The notes beneath the pieces were generated by a model that saw only the letters and a program-made list of their open reading frames with translations, made no database searches and had not been told where the DNA came from. The translations under genes were made by a program, and so were the position numbers. Below, piece by piece: positions 38,488-48,636 of a stretch of 64,000 bases of DNA; position 1 is the first letter of the stretch, and every line of letters begins with the position of its first letter. Origin of the DNA: Patescibacteria group bacterium (GTDB taxonomy: Bacteria > Patescibacteriota > UBA1384 > CAJBMM01); assembly GCA_041660565.1 (NCBI GenBank), contig JBAZWC010000002.1, forward strand, positions 85,520 to 149,519. Reading direction: 5' to 3'.

Positions 38488-39939
38488 ATGAAAAAGATTA
38501 GTTATTTTATTCTCTCGGTTCTAATATTCGGAACGGTTGTGGGACAATCGGCTTTGACTGTACCAAAGGCCTCGGCCGCAACATTTGATCCGAATAATTT
38601 AATTGACGATACCACCTTTACCAACATTAATGCCATCTACACCTCGGGCATTCAAGCCTTTTTGGTAGCTCAGGGGTCATTTTTAAAAAACTATTCCGAG
38701 GGCGGCCGAAGTGCGGCGCAAATCATCTTTGATGCGGCGCATGGGTTTGGAGACAGCACCGGCACTATCAACAGTATTGCGATCAACTCTACCACCGGTA
38801 CCGTGAGTCCGTACGTTATTCTTGCCACTCTACAAAAAGAGCAGGGGTTGATTAGCATGCCGACGCAGAATAACGCCAGCTTAAACGCGGCCATGGGTTA
38901 CGCTTGTCCGGATGGCGGAGGCTGTAATGCGGCTTACGCCGGGTTCACCAAACAAGTTGAGAACGGGGCTTGGCAGCTGCGCTACAACTACGAGCGCGCC
39001 AACGGCCGCGGTTTTACGGACTATCAGGTAGGACAGTCAATGAGTTTTGTCGATTATAACGGCACTCACTCTGCTACTTTTTCCAATCGATCCACCGCGT
39101 CTTTATATCGTTACACTCCGCACGTTTACAACGGTAACTATAACTTCTGGTATTTGTATAATCTCTATTTCCCTTCCTACTTACATCAATTTGTCAGTCA
39201 AAACGGTTACCCCACTTTAGCCCCCGGAGATTCGTACAACTTTAGAGTGACGGTTAAAAACACCGGCAGCGCCAGTTGGTCATCCGGTACGATCCACTTA
39301 GCTACCAACCGCCACCAAGACCGTGTCCCCGGTTTTACTCGGGAAGGCAACGGCCCAAGCGGCTGGACATCTGACAACCGCGTTAGAATGCAGGAAGACA
39401 GCGTAGACCCAGGTGAAAACGCCACATTTTCTTTCTGGATGAGAAATGACGGCATCACACCGGGCACTTATCGCGAATACTTTAGACTAGTAGCCGATGG
39501 TATTCAGTGGATGGAAGACTACGGTATCTACTGGGATGTCAGGACTATCTCAACGGCAGATTCATACCATCACTCGTTCGTCAGCCAAAATGCTTACCCT
39601 TCGTTAGGCAAGCAGTCCGAATACAATTTTAGAGTAACCGTTAGAAACACCGGCACTGCCACCTGGCGTAAAGGCGTGGTTAATTTGGGCACCAGCCGCA
39701 ACCTAGACCGCGTTTCCGCGTTTACACGAGAGGGTAACGGCCCAAGTGGCTGGGTTAAAGACAATCGCATTACGATGCAAGAAGACAGCGTAGCCCCGGG
39801 TGCGAACGCCACATTCTCGTTTTGGATGAGAAACGACTACGCCCCGATTGGCGTTAATCGCGAATACTTTAGACTAGTTGCCGACGGCATCACTTGGATG
39901 GAGGACTACGGCATTTATTGGGATGTTACGGCTCGTTAG
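38488..39939 (+). CDS. Secreted protein with signal peptide and two tandem ~125-aa beta-sandwich repeats
   Basis: 483 aa. N-terminal signal (KKISYFILSVLIFGTVVG…ASA). Repeats FVSQN(G/A)YP…FRVTV(K/R)NTG…GNGPSGW…ATFSFWMRND…REYFRLVADGI(Q/T)WMEDYGIYWDV at about 39170-39545 and 39545-39935. Confidence 0.6.
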   Translation: MKKISYFILSVLIFGTVVGQSALTVPKASAATFDPNNLIDDTTFTNINAIYTSGIQAFLVAQGSFLKNYSEGGRSAAQIIFDAAHGFGDSTGTINSIAINSTTGTVSPYVILATLQKEQGLISMPTQNNASLNAAMGYACPDGGGCNAAYAGFTKQVENGAWQLRYNYERANGRGFTDYQVGQSMSFVDYNGTHSATFSNRSTASLYRYTPHVYNGNYNFWYLYNLYFPSYLHQFVSQNGYPTLAPGDSYNFRVTVKNTGSASWSSGTIHLATNRHQDRVPGFTREGNGPSGWTSDNRVRMQEDSVDPGENATFSFWMRNDGITPGTYREYFRLVADGIQWMEDYGIYWDVRTISTADSYHHSFVSQNAYPSLGKQSEYNFRVTVRNTGTATWRKGVVNLGTSRNLDRVSAFTREGNGPSGWVKDNRITMQEDSVAPGANATFSFWMRNDYAPIGVNREYFRLVADGITWMEDYGIYWDVTAR

Positions 39940-41426
39940 TTCGAAACTCCGGACCGAGTGTAAATTTCGGTTCCATCCGGATATTTTGCTGACAATCTGA
40001 AGCTAGAAAAAGTTCTCATTTTGGCCGATATTTGATCATAATTAGCATAATACGGATAAACATCCTCCGAAGTTAACGGTGGGCGTGAAGCGATGTAGAT
40101 TGTGAACACATCACTATGATTCACATCACCGTTTAGCTGCGTAGGCGAAATAATGGTTAAAACGTTGCGATTAACTAAATACTTAATAAACGGGTTGCCA
40201 TTATTGGCCATAATTACCCCGCTTTCGGGAGTAATCGTGTTCATAAATTGAAACGCCCCAGACTGATCATTAGAGACTCTGATTAAGCTATGAAAAGGGT
40301 CGGGTAACGCGTACGGACGATGAAAACTACCAACAAAGTCAACACCAATACCAAGCACAATAATGGCCACCACCATCCATCCGCGGCGATGCGCGTTTGC
40401 CCATTGCCATAGTTGCCACCCCAAAAATCCGCCGCACAACGATAACGGAATAGCCAACTCACGCACAAAACGTCCGGGTAATCCAAAAAACGAGGTGGTG
40501 CTAAACCAGATCAAAATTAGCACCCAAAATATCATCAACATCTTTTGTGGAAAACGAGTACGCGAAAAAAGCATCGCCACCAGCCCAATTAATCCGGTAT
40601 AAACTAACACCGGGTTATTCAATTCTAATAGCATTTGCCACGAAACCGAGTTACTGCCGGAGCCAAAATATTCGGCCAGCGACCTGCCTTGGATGATGTT
40701 CTCAATAAACGGCGTGGCAATTGGTCCGATAATCAGCCAACCAAGCCCGACAAACAACAATATCCCCACAATTACCCATAAAATCATCCCAATTTTCTCG
40801 TGATGTCGCTTTTTCCACAGTTGATTAACACCATATATTAGTGCCCACGGCCCGACTGCGATTAATAAATAAACCACCGTCAAATGGTGAGTCAGTACGA
40901 TAAGCATTGAGAATACAACGGCATAGATTAGATTTTTCCAAGACGGTTTGGAAACCAACAGATAAACATAGGCTACCGCCAGCGGCAATATGACGCTAGA
41001 AGCCAGTAAATTCGGATAATTACCATCTCCAAACGCCCTAACTGGCCCAAGTGCAATAAACGCCCAAATCGCCGCAGCCACCGCCCCCACCATCTCACTT
41101 TCAAAAATCTTTTTTCCAGCCAAATAGATCGAAATAATCGGCAAAATCAACAGCAATGGAGTAAACCAAATTACCGCTTTTAGCGCCGTCATATGCAATA
41201 TTTTGGTCAGAGCGATAATAATTAGGTGGAATCCCATTGGATAGCCGCTGGTCACTAACGAGATCTTATTCTGGAGCATAGTGGTAATGTAATATAGGTG
41301 ATTCGCCGCATCATCGCCCGGAGGCACCAGATAATTAAAATGTGTTGGGGTCCAATAAGCATAGACCGCTCGCCAGATGAGAGCGGCTAACACCAACAAC
41401 AACCATGGAGAAAGTTTTATCTTCAC
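39936..41426 (-). CDS. Polytopic membrane protein, GT-C-like (ArnT/PMT/O-antigen-polymerase-like)
   Basis: 496 aa, at least 11 TM helices. N-terminal YxxPxxxxYLVPPGDDAANHLYY loop. C-terminal soluble domain. Confidence 0.5.
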   Translation of the reverse strand: MKIKLSPWLLLVLAALIWRAVYAYWTPTHFNYLVPPGDDAANHLYYITTMLQNKISLVTSGYPMGFHLIIIALTKILHMTALKAVIWFTPLLLILPIISIYLAGKKIFESEMVGAVAAAIWAFIALGPVRAFGDGNYPNLLASSVILPLAVAYVYLLVSKPSWKNLIYAVVFSMLIVLTHHLTVVYLLIAVGPWALIYGVNQLWKKRHHEKIGMILWVIVGILLFVGLGWLIIGPIATPFIENIIQGRSLAEYFGSGSNSVSWQMLLELNNPVLVYTGLIGLVAMLFSRTRFPQKMLMIFWVLILIWFSTTSFFGLPGRFVRELAIPLSLCGGFLGWQLWQWANAHRRGWMVVAIIVLGIGVDFVGSFHRPYALPDPFHSLIRVSNDQSGAFQFMNTITPESGVIMANNGNPFIKYLVNRNVLTIISPTQLNGDVNHSDVFTIYIASRPPLTSEDVYPYYANYDQISAKMRTFSSFRLSAKYPDGTEIYTRSGVSN

Positions 41427-41595
41427 CTTTTTATTCTAGCAATATTATGGAGGATAGAGAATAGAGTTTCTTGTTCGATCCGCCAGCTGGCGGAGAGAAC
41501 TATCACTAGATCACTATGGAGTAGTTCTCGTTACACTCGAACAATAATATGGCCGTCTTCCATCGTCCTACCAATTCAACTATAATTTGAACAAT

Positions 41596-42111
41596 ATGAC
41601 AACCGATAAAAAAATAATCAAATATGCTGATCTGGCAAAGGTTAGGCGAAATGTATCGAAAAATCGCCAGACGATCGCATTCACCTCTGGCTGCTACGAT
41701 ATGCTTCATATGGGACACATTATTCATTTTAACTACTGCAAAAGTAAAGGTGATATTTTGGTTGTTAGTGTGGGTAACGATCAAAATGTTTCCGAGCTAA
41801 AAGGACCAAGCAGACCGATTGTGACCGAAAGTTTTCGGGCCAGACACATTGCTGCCTTAGCGTGCGTTGATTACGTGGTGATAAGCGAGGAAATGGGCAT
41901 CATGGATCACAACCGCATGCTAGAGCTACTTAAACCGGATATTTACGTTGTCCCCGTATCAGACAAGTTGCTAAATGCCAAAAAAGAGCTGGTCAGTCGA
42001 AACGGCGGCAAAGTACACACCTGCCGACGGATCCCGCCGGAACATCTGAAAGGCGGTATTTCCACCACCAAATTGGAAGAAAAGATCCGTAAAAATACTA
42101 GTATTTTGTAA
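41596..42111 (+). CDS. Cytidylyltransferase, glycerol-3-phosphate cytidylyltransferase (TagD)-like
   Basis: FTSGCYDMLHMGHIIHF (HxGH) and RARHIAALACVDYVV motifs. ATG 41596 lies 10 nt after TATAAT. Confidence 0.7.
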   Translation: MTTDKKIIKYADLAKVRRNVSKNRQTIAFTSGCYDMLHMGHIIHFNYCKSKGDILVVSVGNDQNVSELKGPSRPIVTESFRARHIAALACVDYVVISEEMGIMDHNRMLELLKPDIYVVPVSDKLLNAKKELVSRNGGKVHTCRRIPPEHLKGGISTTKLEEKIRKNTSIL

Positions 42112-42132
42112 AATGGACAAATAAAGACGGCG

Positions 42133-42157
42133 GCTGGATCAACCAGCCGCCGGTAAG
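42133..42157 (+). terminator. Hairpin CGGCGGCTGG-ATCAA-CCAGCCGCCG after tagD-like gene
   Basis: Perfect 10-bp GC stem. No clear T-run. Abuts the stop of the convergent GC-rich gene 42168..43214. Confidence 0.45.
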
Positions 42158-42167
42158 GCACGAGCTA

Positions 42168-43214
42168 CTACAGGAGGGAATCGATGAACGTCGCCGCGCG
42201 CAAGGCGCTGTTGTCATCGAACGCGGGCCCGCGCCCAACCCGAGGAGGGGCATTCAGCATATCGCGCAGATCGGCGAGAGTACGTGCTTCTGCAACGTAC
42301 CCAGCCTCGACCCAGGGAAACCTCGGGGCGATAGTGGCGTCTTTCTCGTACATCTTGTCCGTGTGCGGCAAAGCGTAGTTGACTGCCGAAACGCCCATCG
42401 CGGCGGCCCGACCAAGCACCGTGGAATACGGCGCGATAACCACGTCGGATGCCGCAATGACTTCATCGGTTGTGAAGTCGCTAGTGTCGACCGCCATGTC
42501 TCCCAGGCTCGCGAATGCAGCCTGATACGCCGCAAACTCCTCTGGCGCTCGCTCAGCCAAACGTGGATGCGGACGAAGCGCCGCGCGGACAGGGAACGTG
42601 CATGTCATGATCACGCGCACCACGTTGCGCATCATCTCGCCAGTCTGTTCAATACTACTGAACGCCGACACCAGGCACCACTCGGGCGAAATACCCAACT
42701 CCTGTCGGACCCAGCAACGTACGGCATCCATTTCGAACCCAGCCAGTCGGTCGAACGCCGGGTAACCGGTGACGACAGCGCGGTCGGGATTGAAATCGGG
42801 CCAGGCGCGCAGAATGATCTGCTTCCCGACCTCATCACCGGCGGTGATGTAGTCGGGCCGCGCGTTCGGCCACTCGTCGTTGGTGAGGGCGCCACTGACC
42901 GGATAGTCGGAAAGCGCTACCACCGGGCCGGTGTATCCGTTCTGGCGCAAGTGCTGCACCAGAGCGAACCCGATGTTGCCCGATGAATCGAGAGATGTTA
43001 CGACCAGGTCAGGCATCCACCCGAGCTTGTCGCAGCATTCCGGCCCCAGGCAGAGATAGCTGGTCGCCCCTTCGATCAGTAGTTTGGTCGCCGGTCCATC
43101 GGCAACCACTCGAACCGTGTTGCGCTGGTCTTGTGCCAACTGCCGATACACCGGGATAATGCCCTCGGCCCCTCCGGTATCGGCGCAGATCATCAGGATA
43201 TTGCGTTTGCTCAA
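42168..43214 (-). CDS. CDP-glycerol glycerophosphotransferase (TagB/TagF)-like GT-B protein, GC-rich island G
   Basis: 348 aa. C-terminal …LRPHPRL…DEVIAASDVVIAPYSTVLGRAAAMGVSAVNY resembles the TagF-family catalytic region. GC content is higher than both flanks. Confidence 0.5.
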   Translation of the reverse strand: MSKRNILMICADTGGAEGIIPVYRQLAQDQRNTVRVVADGPATKLLIEGATSYLCLGPECCDKLGWMPDLVVTSLDSSGNIGFALVQHLRQNGYTGPVVALSDYPVSGALTNDEWPNARPDYITAGDEVGKQIILRAWPDFNPDRAVVTGYPAFDRLAGFEMDAVRCWVRQELGISPEWCLVSAFSSIEQTGEMMRNVVRVIMTCTFPVRAALRPHPRLAERAPEEFAAYQAAFASLGDMAVDTSDFTTDEVIAASDVVIAPYSTVLGRAAAMGVSAVNYALPHTDKMYEKDATIAPRFPWVEAGYVAEARTLADLRDMLNAPPRVGRGPAFDDNSALRAATFIDSLL

Positions 43215-43378
43215 TCTCGTTCTCCTCCCTTCAGGACATGCAACGATCAGAGTACCAGTATTTTATCTCATTTATCTATTTTTGTCAATCTCGATACGCT
43301 ATCAAATTATTGCGTAATAAACCAGACTCTATCATTTTTGCCCAGAAGTGCTATAACAGTTAATAGACAAGGAGATTC

Positions 43379-44377
43379 ATGTTAGATGACAAGACAATAC
43401 TGATCACCGGTGGCACCGGATCTTTCGGCAAAAAGTTTACCGAACGCATTTTTAAGGAATACAACCCCAAGAAAATCATCATTTACTCTCGTGATGAATT
43501 TAAACAGTACATGATGCAAAAGCAGTACCCACAGTTCAAAGACAAACTACGCTATTTTATCGGTGATGTCCGAGATCGGGAACGCCTACATCGCGCTTTT
43601 GATGGTGTTGATGTGGTTATTCACGCCGCCGCCATCAAACACGTACCCGCCGCAGAGTACAACCCGTTTGAAGCAGTTCAGACCAATATTATGGGCGCTA
43701 AAAATGTCATCGATGCCGCCATCGACCGCGGAGTGAAGCAAATTGTTGCCCTGTCTACCGATAAAGCGGCCAATCCGATCAACCTTTACGGCGCCACCAA
43801 ATTAGTTTCCGACAAGCTGTTTACCTCGGCAAACGCCTACGTTGGCGGCAAAGACACTGTTTTCAGCGTGGTCAGATACGGCAACGTGGCCGGAAGCCGC
43901 GGCTCGGTTATTCCATTCTTTAAATCGCTGGTAGATCGCGGCGAAAAATCGCTGCCGGTAACCGACCTGCGTATGACTCGTTTTATGATTACCCTAGATC
44001 AAGGCGTGGATTTGGTTTTTCGCGCCATTAAAGAAGCCAGGGGCGGCGAAATTTACGTTGCCAAAATTCCATCGTTTAAAATTTCAGATTTAGCTCGCGT
44101 CATGCATCCGAAAGGCAAAATTAACGAAATCGGCATCCGCGAAGGCGAAAAATTGCATGAAGTAATGATAACCGAGGAAGATTCTCGCTTAACTTACGAC
44201 TACGGCGACCATCACATCATCTACCCCAACTTTGAATGGTGGTCTATGGATACGCACTTCAAAGAGGGTGGCAACAAGGTGCCGGACGGTTTTCGATATG
44301 CCTCGGACACCAATGAATTATGGATGGATATTCCGGAATTAACCAAATTTATTGAATCATTGGAAGTGACTTACTAA
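43379..44377 (+). CDS. pseB: UDP-N-acetylglucosamine 4,6-dehydratase (inverting), PseB/FlaA1-like
   Basis: 332 aa. ILITGGTGSFGK Rossmann motif, IIYSRDEFKQ, YGATKL catalytic region. Confidence 0.85.
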   Translation: MLDDKTILITGGTGSFGKKFTERIFKEYNPKKIIIYSRDEFKQYMMQKQYPQFKDKLRYFIGDVRDRERLHRAFDGVDVVIHAAAIKHVPAAEYNPFEAVQTNIMGAKNVIDAAIDRGVKQIVALSTDKAANPINLYGATKLVSDKLFTSANAYVGGKDTVFSVVRYGNVAGSRGSVIPFFKSLVDRGEKSLPVTDLRMTRFMITLDQGVDLVFRAIKEARGGEIYVAKIPSFKISDLARVMHPKGKINEIGIREGEKLHEVMITEEDSRLTYDYGDHHIIYPNFEWWSMDTHFKEGGNKVPDGFRYASDTNELWMDIPELTKFIESLEVTY

Positions 44378-44378
44378 T

Positions 44379-45533
44379 ATGCTTGATCATTTTATTTCAT
44401 ACGGTAAACAGTGGATTGATGACGATGATATCAAAGCTGTCACCGAGACGCTTAAAAGTGATTTTTTGACCCAAGGCCCAAAGCTGGCTGAATTTGAAAA
44501 GGCCATTTGCGATTATACCGGCGCTAAATACTGTGTTGCGGTATCAAACGGCACTGCCGCTTTGCATTTGGCTGTTTTGGCGCTAGATTTGCCAAAAGGC
44601 GAAGGCATTACGACACCAAATACCTTTGCTGCCTCGGCTAACTGTTTGTTATACGCCGGACTAAAGCCGGTTTTTGCCGACATCAAAACAGATACATATA
44701 ATATTGACCCGGCCGAAATTACCCAGAAAATTACCAAAGACACCAGAGTGATTGTGGCGGTGGATTTTGCCGGACAAGCTGCGGATATGGAAGATATTTA
44801 CCAAATGGCGCAAGCAAAAGGGATTGCGGTAATTGAAGACGCCGCGCACGCGATCGGATCAAAATATGCTGATGGCAGTTTGGTTGGATCATGTAAATAT
44901 TCAGATTTGACCACTTTTTCGTTTCATCCGGTTAAAACCATCACCACCGGTGAAGGTGGTGCTATTACCACAAACGATGAGAAACTGTATCAGAAGTTGC
45001 TTTTACTGCGGTCTCACGGCATCACCAAAGATGCGGCGCTGCTTGGCCAAAACCCCGGCCCATGGTATTACGAAATGCAACAGATCGGGTTTAACTATCG
45101 CTTAACCGACATTCAAGCGGCATTGGGCATTAGTCAGTTTAAAAAACTAGATCGATTCGTGACGCGTCGCCGTGAAATCGTAGATCAATATAATACTGCG
45201 TTTGCCAGCAACGGTTTAATCACAACCCCGCACGAAAAAGCTGGATTAAATTCGACCTTTCATTTATACGTGGTTAAAATTGACTATGCCAAATTGGGCA
45301 AAACGCGGTCAGAGGTCATGATTGAACTAAAAAACCAAAACATCGGCACTCAAGTGCATTATATTCCGGTTCACCTACTGCCGTATTATCAAAAACAGTT
45401 TGGCTATAAGACCGGTGATTATCCGGTTGCCGAAAATTATTATGACCACTGCCTTAGCTTGCCTCTTTACCCCAAAATGACCGACGAGGATGTTAAGTTA
45501 GTAATCAAGACCATTAACCAAACACTGAGTTAG
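44379..45533 (+). CDS. pseC: DegT/DnrJ/EryC1 PLP-dependent aminotransferase, PseC-like
   Basis: 384 aa. FISYGKQWIDDDDI N-terminus, FSFHPVKTITTGEGGAI lysine region. Directly follows pseB with a 1-nt gap. Confidence 0.85.
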   Translation: MLDHFISYGKQWIDDDDIKAVTETLKSDFLTQGPKLAEFEKAICDYTGAKYCVAVSNGTAALHLAVLALDLPKGEGITTPNTFAASANCLLYAGLKPVFADIKTDTYNIDPAEITQKITKDTRVIVAVDFAGQAADMEDIYQMAQAKGIAVIEDAAHAIGSKYADGSLVGSCKYSDLTTFSFHPVKTITTGEGGAITTNDEKLYQKLLLLRSHGITKDAALLGQNPGPWYYEMQQIGFNYRLTDIQAALGISQFKKLDRFVTRRREIVDQYNTAFASNGLITTPHEKAGLNSTFHLYVVKIDYAKLGKTRSEVMIELKNQNIGTQVHYIPVHLLPYYQKQFGYKTGDYPVAENYYDHCLSLPLYPKMTDEDVKLVIKTINQTLS

Positions 45534-45560
45534 CCCCTGTCGCTGCACCTAATTGGTACA

Positions 45561-45745
45561 GTACGAATTATAAATTTTCAATTTTTAATTTCAAATGAAT
45601 GGTTGCCAATTTTAAATGACTAAATAAGGAACCTTTTTAAAATTTAATCATTCGGTACTTATTCATTTAAAATTTATAATTGCTTCAGCAATTTCGTAAC
45701 TGTGCGAGCCGTGCTCGCAAGTTACATGCTTTAAAATTTAAAATT
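45561..45745 (-). repeat. R2 composite AT-rich interspersed repeat, full-length copy, inverted orientation
   Basis: Reverse complement contains both R2 modules seen at 9436-9560 and 20928-21050 (…AATGAATGGTTGCCAATTTTAAATGACTAAATAAGGAACC…TGCTTCAGCAATTTCGTAACTGTGCGAGCCGTGCTCGCAAGTT…). Confidence 0.8.
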
Positions 45746-45755
45746 AAGGGAAAAC

Positions 45756-46613
45756 ATGACTGGCATTATTATTCAAGCCCGATACAATGCATCTCGCTTG
45801 CCGGGAAAGGTGTTGAAAGAGCTGCCTTTAGGTAGTGGAATTTCAGTGTTGGCGCAAGTAATTAGACGACTAAAAAAGTGCCAGCTGGCTGATTTGGTGA
45901 TTTTGGCCACCACCGAGAATCAATCAGATGACGCCTTAGTGGACGTTGCCAACGCAGAGAAGATCCAATGCTATCGCGGCAGTACCGAGAATTTACTGGA
46001 GCGATATTACAAAGCGGCGCAAAAATATAACCTCAGCACAATCGTACGTATTACCGCCGATTGTCCATGCATTGACCCAAAAGAGGTTGATCGGCTAATT
46101 AAGAAACACCTAGCCACCAATAGCGATTTCACTTCGATGGCGCTGGGGCCGCGCACATATCCGCACGGCATTGAAGTTGAGGTTTTCTCAATCAGCGCAC
46201 TGGAGCAATCATACCAAAACGCCACCACGGATTACGAAAAAGAGCATATCAACATCTACGCCGAAGAAACCGCACCGCAGAAATTCAAAATCACCTCTGC
46301 TCCCGCCCCCAAATCACTTACCTCTCCGGACATCCGCATCACTCTAGACACCCCCAAAGACTACACCTTATTGTGCGCCGTGTATGACTTCCTTTATCCT
46401 GCGGACCCATTTTTCGACACAGCCGCAATTATCAAGCTATTTAAACTGCGTCCGTGGCTGTACGAGATCAATCGTGATGTAGTGCAAAAAAAGATGTATG
46501 CCACCGTCAAAGACGAGCTGCTAGAGGCAGAGAAGGTGCTGGGACTGCAGGAATTACATCGCGCTCGAAAATTTATCTTGCAGCAGCTGGAGAATAATGA
46601 CCAACAATCCTAA
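45756..46613 (+). CDS. pseF: CMP-sugar cytidylyltransferase (CTP_transf_3), PseF/NeuA-like
   Basis: 285 aa. N-terminal IIQARYNASRLPGKVL motif. Confidence 0.7.
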   Translation: MTGIIIQARYNASRLPGKVLKELPLGSGISVLAQVIRRLKKCQLADLVILATTENQSDDALVDVANAEKIQCYRGSTENLLERYYKAAQKYNLSTIVRITADCPCIDPKEVDRLIKKHLATNSDFTSMALGPRTYPHGIEVEVFSISALEQSYQNATTDYEKEHINIYAEETAPQKFKITSAPAPKSLTSPDIRITLDTPKDYTLLCAVYDFLYPADPFFDTAAIIKLFKLRPWLYEINRDVVQKKMYATVKDELLEAEKVLGLQELHRARKFILQQLENNDQQS

Positions 46614-47601
46614 AATTTACATCGTAACCGAGGGTGGGGGTGATATTGGATACGGCCACCTGATGCGTTGCCTATCACTCTGCCAAGCGTTCGCGGAAAA
46701 AAACATTGCGCCCGTAATGCTAATTGATAGTGATGGCGCCAAAGTTAAGCTTAATCAATTTCCAAATGCGGAAATGTTGGCCTGGCATAAAAACCTAGAT
46801 TTACTCTACAATCACATTAAAGACGCCGATGTGGTGATTGTTGACTCATTGCTGGCACCGGAATCGCTTTGGACCGACATCCACAACTACTGCAAGGTAG
46901 CGGTTTTATTGGATGATTTTATTCGTCGCAAACATGTAAAAGGCGTTGTTGTTGACTGGACAGTGTTGGCCGACCAAAAATTTTATCAAGAGCAAAACCA
47001 TGACGTCACTTACCTACTTGGCACCAAATACACCGCTTTGCGCCAAGAGTTTTGGGACATACCACCAAAGCAAATCAGCCCGACTCTTACGAACATTTTA
47101 GTCACGTTCGGCGGCAGCGATGTGGCTAATATGACACCATTAGTAGTTGAATTACTCAAAAGTCATTATCCCCACGCCGACGTGAAGGTGATAATTGGCC
47201 CCGGCTTTACCAACTTGAAGGAAATTGAAGGATTAGCGTATTTGAGCTGCGAGCTAATTATGCAACCCTCCGCTTCAGAGATGGTTAAGTTGATGCTGTG
47301 GGCGGATGTTTGCATTAGCGCCGGCGGTCAAACTTTTTACGAGCTAGCCCGCGTGGGCACGCCCACTATCGGGGTGCAAGTAGCAGATAACCAGCGCGAT
47401 GATGTTTCAGGTTGGACTGCAACCGGTTTTCTGCAATTTGCCGGAGAAGCTGATGACCCTAATATTAAACAAGAAATCGCCAATCAACTTGATCATCTAG
47501 CTAATTTTGAATTACGAGAAAAAGTTTCAAAAATTGGACAAACACAAATTGACGGGCAGGGCGCGCGGCGTTTAGTCAAAGCGATTTTGGAGGAGGCATG
47601 A
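46597..47601 (+). CDS. pseG: UDP-2,4-diacetamido-2,4,6-trideoxy-beta-L-altropyranose hydrolase, PseG-like (GT28 C-terminal fold)
   Basis: 334 aa. IYIVTEGGGDIGYGHLMRCLSLCQAF N-terminus characteristic of PseG. Overlaps pseF by 17 nt. Confidence 0.7.
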   Translation: MTNNPKIYIVTEGGGDIGYGHLMRCLSLCQAFAEKNIAPVMLIDSDGAKVKLNQFPNAEMLAWHKNLDLLYNHIKDADVVIVDSLLAPESLWTDIHNYCKVAVLLDDFIRRKHVKGVVVDWTVLADQKFYQEQNHDVTYLLGTKYTALRQEFWDIPPKQISPTLTNILVTFGGSDVANMTPLVVELLKSHYPHADVKVIIGPGFTNLKEIEGLAYLSCELIMQPSASEMVKLMLWADVCISAGGQTFYELARVGTPTIGVQVADNQRDDVSGWTATGFLQFAGEADDPNIKQEIANQLDHLANFELREKVSKIGQTQIDGQGARRLVKAILEEA

Positions 47602-48557
47602 AACCGGTTTTTGAGCAACGCGCATCTACCATTTTATTTAACTTGTTTCGTCAGCTTGATCATACAAAATCGGTCATTGTTCCGGCAAACGTTTGTCCGA
47701 TTGTAGCCGTAACGCTAATGAAAGCCGGGCAACCCTTTGAGCTGGTTGACATAAATAAAGAGACACTTTGCCTTGACGAAGAGTTCACTTTGCACCAGAT
47801 CAAAAAACATCCGCAAAAATATGCCGGCGTGTTGTTTGTACATACCTACGGTAACCCCCATCAACCTGAACCATTTTTTCATTATATTAAGCAAATCGCC
47901 CCGGATATATTAATCATTGACGATCGATGCCCCGGTCTGCCCGAGTTTGATCTGCCGCCAACTGCCGCCGATGCGGTAATATTCAGCACCGGCTATGCCA
48001 AATACATTGAATTAGGTTTTGGTGGATATGGCTATATTAAACCCGAGGTAAAATATGAGCCAAAACAACTGCCGTTCAACGAGCACGATCATCAGGCGTT
48101 GGTTGAGCAAGAACGCCAGGCTCAAGAAACGTTGGCGCCTTTTAGCTATCATGATTCAGATTGGCTGGATACCACTAAACCAAAAATCTCATTCGACCAA
48201 TACAAGCTAGAGATCATCGCTAAAATTCCGGAAGCGCGACTTCATCAACAAAAATTGAATCAGATTTATGCCAAAAATATCCCAGCAAAATATCAACTGG
48301 GAGACGAGTTTAGTCAGTGGCGATTTAGTATTCTGGTGCCAGATAAGGTAAAATTATTGAGGATGATCTTTGACCATGGGTTGTTTGCCAGCTCGCATTA
48401 CCCATCGCTAAACGGGATTTTTGGACACGGCGCCGACCAAAACGCGGCAAAATTACATTCGCAAGTGGTTAACTTATTCAATAACCACCGCTACACCGAA
48501 GATCAAGCAAAGCTGACATGCGATGTTATAAACAAGCATCTAAAAGAATGTGCTTAG
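47598..48557 (+). CDS. Hypothetical protein, DegT-like N-terminal fold (possible PseH functional substitute)
   Basis: 319 aa. IVPANVCPIVAVTLMKAGQPFELVDIN resembles the aminotransferase small-domain N-terminus. Translationally coupled to pseG (4-nt overlap). Confidence 0.35.
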   Translation: MKPVFEQRASTILFNLFRQLDHTKSVIVPANVCPIVAVTLMKAGQPFELVDINKETLCLDEEFTLHQIKKHPQKYAGVLFVHTYGNPHQPEPFFHYIKQIAPDILIIDDRCPGLPEFDLPPTAADAVIFSTGYAKYIELGFGGYGYIKPEVKYEPKQLPFNEHDHQALVEQERQAQETLAPFSYHDSDWLDTTKPKISFDQYKLEIIAKIPEARLHQQKLNQIYAKNIPAKYQLGDEFSQWRFSILVPDKVKLLRMIFDHGLFASSHYPSLNGIFGHGADQNAAKLHSQVVNLFNNHRYTEDQAKLTCDVINKHLKECA

Positions 48558-48566
48558 CCACCCCCC

Positions 48567-48636
48567 TGTCATTTCGACTCCCTCCGGGCAGAGCCTCGAG
48601 CATTGTCTCGAGAGTGGAGAAATCTATAATAATAAG
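48567..48636 (+). repeat. R1-related repeat copy i (TGTCATTTCGACTCC ... GGAGAAATCTATAATAATAAG)
   Basis: Same head and tail as copies f and h. Directly followed by an inverted R2 copy. Confidence 0.65.
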
